In this document: one piece after another, positions 56,601 to 64,000 of the stretch
Numbering within the stretch: the first letter of the stretch is position 1
How the letters are laid out: every line of letters starts with the position of its first letter
Assembly (NCBI RefSeq): GCF_009914755.1
Contig: NC_060939.1
Direction: 5' to 3' (one strand)
Length of the DNA stretch: 64,000 nucleotides
Source: the human T2T-CHM13v2.0 reference genome, Homo sapiens
The notes under the pieces: model-generated
What the model was told of the DNA's origin: nothing
The model's input: the letters and a program-made list of their open reading frames with translations, nothing else
Database searches by the model: none
Position numbers and translations under genes: made by a program

Positions 56601-57390
56601 CCCCTTCTGCTTGTGCACTTGACCTGGAAGGGCCCCGGCATCCACAGTGTCCTTCCAAAGGGACCCCACCATTTGCAGCCTTTATCTTCCTCTGCCTCCT
56701 CTCCTACCTCCCAATCATAATCTTGTTTCTTGCCTGGGACCTGAGAGCCCCATCCTCATTCATCCTCATCTCTCAGCCCCATAGATATCCCTGAGCCTTG
56801 GTGACTCCAAAGCCAAAATTACTTTGTTCTCGGAGCTCTGATGAGTCTTTGCTTCCCTTGAGTAACAAGCGAGGGATCCTTTGGCTGGTTGAATGAGGGA
56901 AGGAATAACTTCCCAGGCCAGGGGCAAAAGGAAATATTAGGGATTGGGAAGCAGGGCTCTGTTAAATTATCAAATGCTCTCTCCCCACACTGTCCTGTCA
57001 CCTTACTGAGGATCAGCATAGGGCTAGTGCCCAGTGAGAGGAGTAGCAGCATTAGTGCCGGAGGCCTGCTGCTGCAGCATGGGTGACACTGTGCTATACC
57101 CTGCTATACTCCAAAGAGAGCTGCAAACTGAGTCCGAGGCAGGAGCTCCTGGAGAATCCCTGCAGTCGGTGCATCAGGAAGTAGGCTCTCAGACAACAGG
57201 CCCAGCCAATCACTGCCCCCAGGTGCACCAGGCACCCCAGGCACTCGGCCAGCTGCTAATGCTAGCATTGAAAGTGCTTCCTGCTAACCAGCCCAATCAA
57301 GCTATTTCTGATTACACAATGAAACTTACCCTGGCAAAAAGAGGACCAGTTTTATACATCCTTCTGGAGCCAGTTTCCATGGAGATCTAC

Positions 57391-58398
<1,008 letters not shown>

Positions 58399-59123
58399 CT
58401 GTCCTATTTGTTATTTTCTTCCTCCCAATTCCATGAGGGCGGGGACTTAGTCTTGTTCATTGAGGAAGGAAAGAAGGAAGGAAGGAAGGAAGGAAGAAAA
58501 GGGACTTCACAGGAGCTGTCTGCCTTTTCCCCATTGTATACACAAAGCAGTAAAGCCCAGAGAGTTTAAGTGACTTGGCCAAGACCATACAGCTATTCAG
58601 TAGAGGAGGATAATCTCTCCTGCTTAATTTCTAACGAACTTGTTCCCTGAGCACATCTTGCTTTTTCCAGCCCTTCCATGGGTTTTCTTACACATTGCCG
58701 TTATCTATAAGTACCTGCAATTCTCTCCTTTCCATCTCTAGTTGAAGGGATTCTATCCTCATTCTTACAGGCACAGCTACTCCAGGAAGCCGCCTTGGGT
58801 TCCCCAGTTGGGAGTGATCTTTGCCTCCTACACACTCCCAGTTCACTTTTTCTGCCTTATAAAGGCACTTAAAAGAGTCTGCCTCATATCTAGTTGTTTG
58901 TGTGCTAGGCTTGGTGCAACCCCAGGTTAAGGGCTACATTTTCCCAACTCAATATCCCCTGTTTGCACTAGCCCCAAGAAGGGAGTGGACATATATAATC
59001 AGAATCTCTTCAGCCTCAGTCCTCCCTCTTCCCTCAAAAAACATCCATTTATACCTGAGAGCTAAGAGACAAAGCAGGGCTCAATGACAGATTATTGACC
59101 CAATACATAAAAGAATAAATGGA

Positions 59124-59429
59124 GGCTGGGCCTGGTGGCTCACGCCTGTAATCCCAGTACTTTGGGAGACCAAAGTAGGCTGATCACTTGAGGTCAGAAG
59201 TTCGAGCCAGCCTGGCCAACATGATGAAACCTCATCTCCACTGAAAATACAGAAATTAGCTGGGCATAGTGGTGCACGCCTGAAGTCCCAGCTCCTCGGG
59301 AGGCTGAGACACAAGAATTGCTTGAACTCGAAAGGTGGAGGTTGCAGTGAGCCAAGATTGCATCACTGCACTCCAGCCTGGGTGACAGAGTGAGGTTCTG
59401 TCTCAAAAAAAAAAAAAAAAAAAAAAAAA
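59124..59429 (+). mobile_element. AluS-like
   Basis: TSD aaaagaataaatgga. Confidence 0.94.
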
Positions 59430-59430
59430 G

Positions 59431-59512
59431 AATAAATGGAGAGATGACTACCTCCTACCTGTCTCTACATTAATAAATGAAGAGCTGACTACCTCCTACC
59501 TGTCTCTACATT
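59431..59512 (+). repeat. 41-bp tandem duplication
   Basis: aataaatg.agag.tgactacctcctacctgtctctacatt x2. Confidence 0.93.
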
Positions 59513-60689
59513 ATTCATTCCTAAAGGGCAGGGTTAGTATGTGATACTTCTTTGAAGCTTCCCATAGTACCTGTTCTGGGTTGTAGGAGGTGTTCAGTCC
59601 CTCTTTATGGAAGGCATTAAGGAAGGAATGGTACAACAAGATGTCTAGATTCATTTCAAGTTTAATTCTGATAACGCGAACAAGTAGGAAAATAGTTGTT
59701 CCCTGAGAGCCCCGCCTTTTGCCCCACAGCCCCCACCCCAGTGAGAGGGTTAGGTCCAGGACAAATGCTCCGCCTCTGAGCCCAAGTGAGGCTGGCAGAC
59801 CCACAGCAGGGACACCAGAGGATGAGACCGCGGCTCTAAAGGAGACTCCACCAGGGCCAACATTAACAAGGGGAAGATGGGAGGGGCAGTATGCAAACAG
59901 ACCTTCTTGAGCCTCAGTCCTCCCACCTCCCTCCAAACAGTTCTAAACAATTCAAGCACCCGCTGACAGCTGAGATGGGAGAGGCAAACCCTGGATGGGG
60001 CTTCCAGCTTGGATTTCACATAATGAGGCTTTGGAATCCGGGAAGCGATTACAAGCCCACTGGGGAGGGACCACCTACAGGTTTTGGAACCTTTCACTGC
60101 TCTACCACATGTGGCTCAACATGTCCGACTCACCAGGAAGCAGCTCTTGGATGAGAAAGAGGAAAAACACAGACACCATAACAGCACGGTTTAGAAGTCA
60201 AGGGCTTAGGAATTCCGCGATGGAGACGGGATCACGGAAGCGTGGCCTAGGGTTGGAGGAACTATGTCCTTGTTTTCAGCATTCACCAAGAGCAGGGATT
60301 GAGGAGGGTCCAGAACCTACCCTAGCAACCCCACATGGTCACACAAGTCCCAGCCACCAGCCAGCATGTGTTTATTCAATTTTTTTTTCACTGACAAAAA
60401 TTGTCAAAAATTGGACATGTTTATTGATTTTATTAGTAGCTATTTTCAAATCGTGGAGCTGGAAAGAACTTGGGTTTTACAACTGAGTGGTCTCATTTAC
60501 AGATGACACCACCAAGGCAGAGAGAGGGAAGGTGGGTTCCCTGGGATCACACAGGCTGGGAGGGGTGCTCAACCAGGCCTAGGTTTCAGGTCCTCTCCCT
60601 GGTACCATCTGTTAGTCCACTCTGCTATTCTCACTCAAGTTAGAGCCAGGAAGGAACCAAACCAGCCTAGAATCCCATCCACTCATTTC

Positions 60690-61000
60690 TTTCTTTCTTT
60701 TCTTTTTCTTTTTTTTTGAGACAGAGTCTCACCCTGTTGCCCAGGCTAGAGCACAGTGGCGGGATCTCAGCTCAATGCAACCTCTGCCTCCCAGGTTCAA
60801 GCAGTTCTCCTGCTTCAGCCTCCTGAGTAGCTGGGACTGCAGGCATGCACCACCACACCTGGCTAATTTTTGCATTTTTAGTGGAGATGGGGTTTCGTCA
60901 TGTTGGCCAGCCTGGTCTCGAACTCCCGACCTCAAGTGATCCACCTGCCTTGGCCCCTCAAACTGCTGGAATTACAGGTGTGAACTACTGTGCCCGGCCC
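60690..61000 (-). mobile_element. AluS-like
   Basis: Reverse-complement Alu; flanking cactcattt repeat. Confidence 0.93.
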
Positions 61001-61099
61001 AAATCACTCATTTATTGTCTGAAGAGCTGAGCCGTGTGAAGCCCAGCCCCTTGGAGGGTGCTGGGGTTGGATGGGGGTAACCAGTAAGACCCCTGCGTA

Positions 61100-61300
61100 C
61101 TGGACACTGTGCTGGGTGCTTCACCACATCCTCTCACTTTCTCCCTGGACTGTCCCTAGGAGTGAGGTGATGGGGACTGTGTTCCTTATTTTACAGATGA
61201 GGCAACTGTGGCTCAGAGAGGTTAAATCACTTGCCCAGGGTCACACAGCTAGAAAGTGATGGAGTTGTGATTCAAACCCAGGCCAGTCTGATACCAAGCC
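61100..61300 (-). mobile_element. MIR
   Basis: Core attttacagatgaggcaactgtggctcagagaggttaaatcacttgcccagggtcacacagcta. Confidence 0.85.
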
Positions 61301-62424
61301 TTTGGCCTTCCCGTGTGCTAGACTCCGGGAGGACGACCTAGAATAGTTGAAGCAAGAGCTGTCATATAGGTGAGAAAGAACTTTGGGAGCTATAGCAAGG
61401 AAGAGAAAGGAAATTGCATCTTTGAGGCCAAAGATTATTAGTCACAGAGGTATGGCTACCAGGCCCTCGAGCTGTCACTTACTTGCCACAAGCAGGGCCC
61501 TGAAAAGCCTGTTTTTTTCTGCTCTGACTTCAAACACAGATTCTCCAAGCAAGAAAGGCTAGCTTGTGAGACCAAGTTTCACAGAGATGGAGCTTGCAGG
61601 GAAAGGTCAGAGGAATTGTCCCCGGGTTCCTCAGAGGAGGCAGACGAGTTCGGAGTAGTTAGCAATAAACATATCAGCCCCGGCCCCTAGAGGGCACTGG
61701 CCAGAGGGAGCCTCAAGGGAGCAAGCAGGGCTGGGGCATGGAAGCCAGCCAGAGTCCAGCCTAGCTTTGGGCCGGGCCCAGAAACCAGTTCTGTTAAACA
61801 AAGCATTACACAACCATCTCATTAACTGCATCAATCCAGAAGGTCAAACTAACTCACTCCAGCGTCTGCGGGGCTCTGTTGGGGTGGGTGGGAGAGGACA
61901 GCCTCCTGAATTCCAGGCACTTGGGTCCACGTTGGTTTAATTAGCTCCATGATGTCCGCTTCCCTTGGGCACAGCCTTGCATGCCAGGGCCCTGACAGCT
62001 GCCTGGTGCCCCTAGAGGAGCCAGAAAAAGAGGGGGGTGCCTAGGGCAGGAGTGAACCCCTCACCCAGGCCAGCCAGGGCAGGAAGTCTGGGGTTGGCAG
62101 AGCAGTGATACAAAGACCAAGGCTGGAGATACCATGTTAGGGCTCAGGCTGAAAGGACCCGGAGAAGCTGTGGGTGAGAAAATGAGGCTGGCAAGTTTGC
62201 AGAGTGTGAAGCAAGCCAGGGCAACAGGTTCAAGACAGAGGCCAAAAGGAACACAAAGGTGTCATTGGCCAAGTTGGGGCATTGTCAGTTATAGATATGA
62301 CAGACTGGAGGTACTCAGCAGGACTGAACTGTGGCAAGTGGTCAGGACTAGAGAACTCGAAGAAAGTCACAGAACTCAAGGAATAATAATAAAGGTAATG
62401 GAAAGGTCGGGAAACTAAAACAAT

Positions 62425-62760
62425 TGTTCTCAAAGTGTAGTCCCTAGAGTAGCGGCATTAGTATCACCTGAGAACTTCTTAGAAATGCAAAATATTGGAA
62501 TCTACCCTAGGCCTTCAAAATCAGACTGGGAAAGGCCCAGCAATCTGTGTTTTAATAAGACCTGAGGGTCATTCTGATGCAGGATGAAGCTTGAGAACCA
62601 CTAGGCTACTCAGTGTGGTTGGTCCATGGACCAGCACCATCAGATGAAATGGCGCTGAGAGTTTGTTACAAATGCAGACTCTCAGGCCTGGCCCCAGACC
62701 TACTGAGTCTGCAGTTTAACAGGATCCCTGGGGCATCCCACGTACCTTTTAATTTGACAA
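62425..62760. mobile_element. Adjacent MER5-like hAT elements
   Basis: ttctcaaagtgt..tcacctgagaac..agaaatgcaaa..ttgagaaccact motifs, repeated. Confidence 0.7.
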
Positions 62761-63675
62761 GAGCTACACCTGAGCTCCACTGACCTGGGATTCTTTGGTC
62801 TGGGTGTGAATGAGTCTGTGTCTAAGTCCAGGGACAAATAGACACAGATGGCAATGGGGAAGTAGGCCACCCAGTTCCAGGCATAGGCAAAGGCTGTCCT
62901 CAGCTCTTCACGAATTTAGACTGCTGCCAGAAAATGTCACCAAGAAAAATAATGGCTTCACTGAGCCTGCAAATGTGCTCAACCTAGACATTGTGCAGAA
63001 AGCAGATTGCAAAGGCAACAAGACCAACAGCCCGACAGTGCTATTCGTATTCCATGGGAGACAGCTGGAGCCCCTGAGATGCAGGCGGGCTCCCAACCCT
63101 CTGTGATTGTGATGTGGAGATGATTTAAGAAGAAGCAGCCGAGGGTGGCTGTAAGCAAGTGACGCTCCTGAGAAGACAAAGCTGCAGAGATAGGAGGCTG
63201 GACCTGTCACCGCTGCCCAGAATGACCCAGGATTCTCATTCTTTCCAGGGAAACCAGTGGGCAACATTGACGACTGACAGGAGGGGACCTTGCCTCCAAG
63301 GCTCCAAGGCCGGATAAGAATGGCTTTACCTTCCTGACTCCAGAAAGAACCGCCCTTTTTCCCCACCTCCCTGATGGCTTCCTGGTGCTTGTGATTCTAC
63401 CAGACTAGCTTTTCCTTTCCCCCTAATAATAGCTGCTAATTAATATTTAGCGAGGGTTTACCAAGCGCCGGGCTCTGAGCTAAGTACCTTGTATGTACTT
63501 TTTTCATTTAATCCTCTCAACAGTTCTACTAGGAAGGTACTACTATTTTCAGTATTTACTAATATTTGGGTATTTCTTAATTACTAAAAACATTTCTCAT
63601 TCTACAGATGAAAATTGAGAGTAGAAGTTGGTCAGTAGCTTTCCGAAGTCAGCTAGATAGAAAGAAGGCATTGAA

Positions 63676-63717
63676 GTCTATGGCCATACCACCCTGAATG
63701 CGCCCAATCTCGTCTGA
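63676..63717 (+). pseudogene. 5S rRNA retropseudogene fragment (nt 1-42), tailless, inside a MIR
   Basis: gtctatggccataccaccctgaatgcgcccaatctcgtctga matches the recalled 5S 5' end at 39/42. 15-bp TSD aaagaaggcattgaa (63661-63675, 63717-63731). Confidence 0.93.
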
Positions 63718-64000
63718 AAGAAGGCATTGAAGCAGAGCTCAGACATCCCAACCCCAGACTCTCCACCAAACCATTGTCTTTGTTCCTCATAGTGTGGTCC
63801 TTAGACCAGCAGTCGTAGAGTTATTTGGGAGCTTGTGATGCAAGAATCTCAGGCCCTGCCCAGACTTGCAAAATCAGACTCAGCATTTTAAACACAATCC
63901 CCCAGAGTTGGTATGCACATTACAGTTTGAGAAACGTGCCTGGTTATAAGAGCTTCCTTCCCTCGCAAGACGCAAATCCGTCTTGCATGAGGAACACAGC

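Noticed and set aside
63676-63717. Functional 5S rRNA gene
   Set aside because: Only 42 of ~120 nt, no internal promoter, and flanked by a TSD.

Overview
Primate (very likely human, recalled as 15q25.1) genomic DNA. One protein-coding gene is present: CRABP1 (+ strand, 4 coding exons 5028-12576, 137 aa), with a CpG-island promoter and an ATTAAA poly(A) signal. The remaining ~51 kb is repeat-rich intergenic DNA: more than 30 Alu/FLAM/FAM elements, a full-length but dead L1PA element (- strand, ~40565-46702), a MER9 (HERV-K HML-3) solo LTR, MaLR LTRs, L2/MIR/MER fragments, an RWDD1 processed pseudogene and a tailless 5S rRNA retrocopy. I found no evidence of a new protein-coding system; nearly all short ORFs in the track are repeat-derived or random. 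The most interesting signal is structural: a cryptic ~1.9-kb inversion (~47015-48939) that splits an Alu, the RWDD1 retrocopy and its host L2. That retrocopy also preserves a 240-nt cassette between parental codons 25 and 26. Other points of note are two apparent template-switch scars near 21.8-24.7 kb and a three-layer L2>FLAM>L1 nesting. Repeat family and subfamily names come from recalled consensus sequences, not from a search, and repeat boundaries are approximate.
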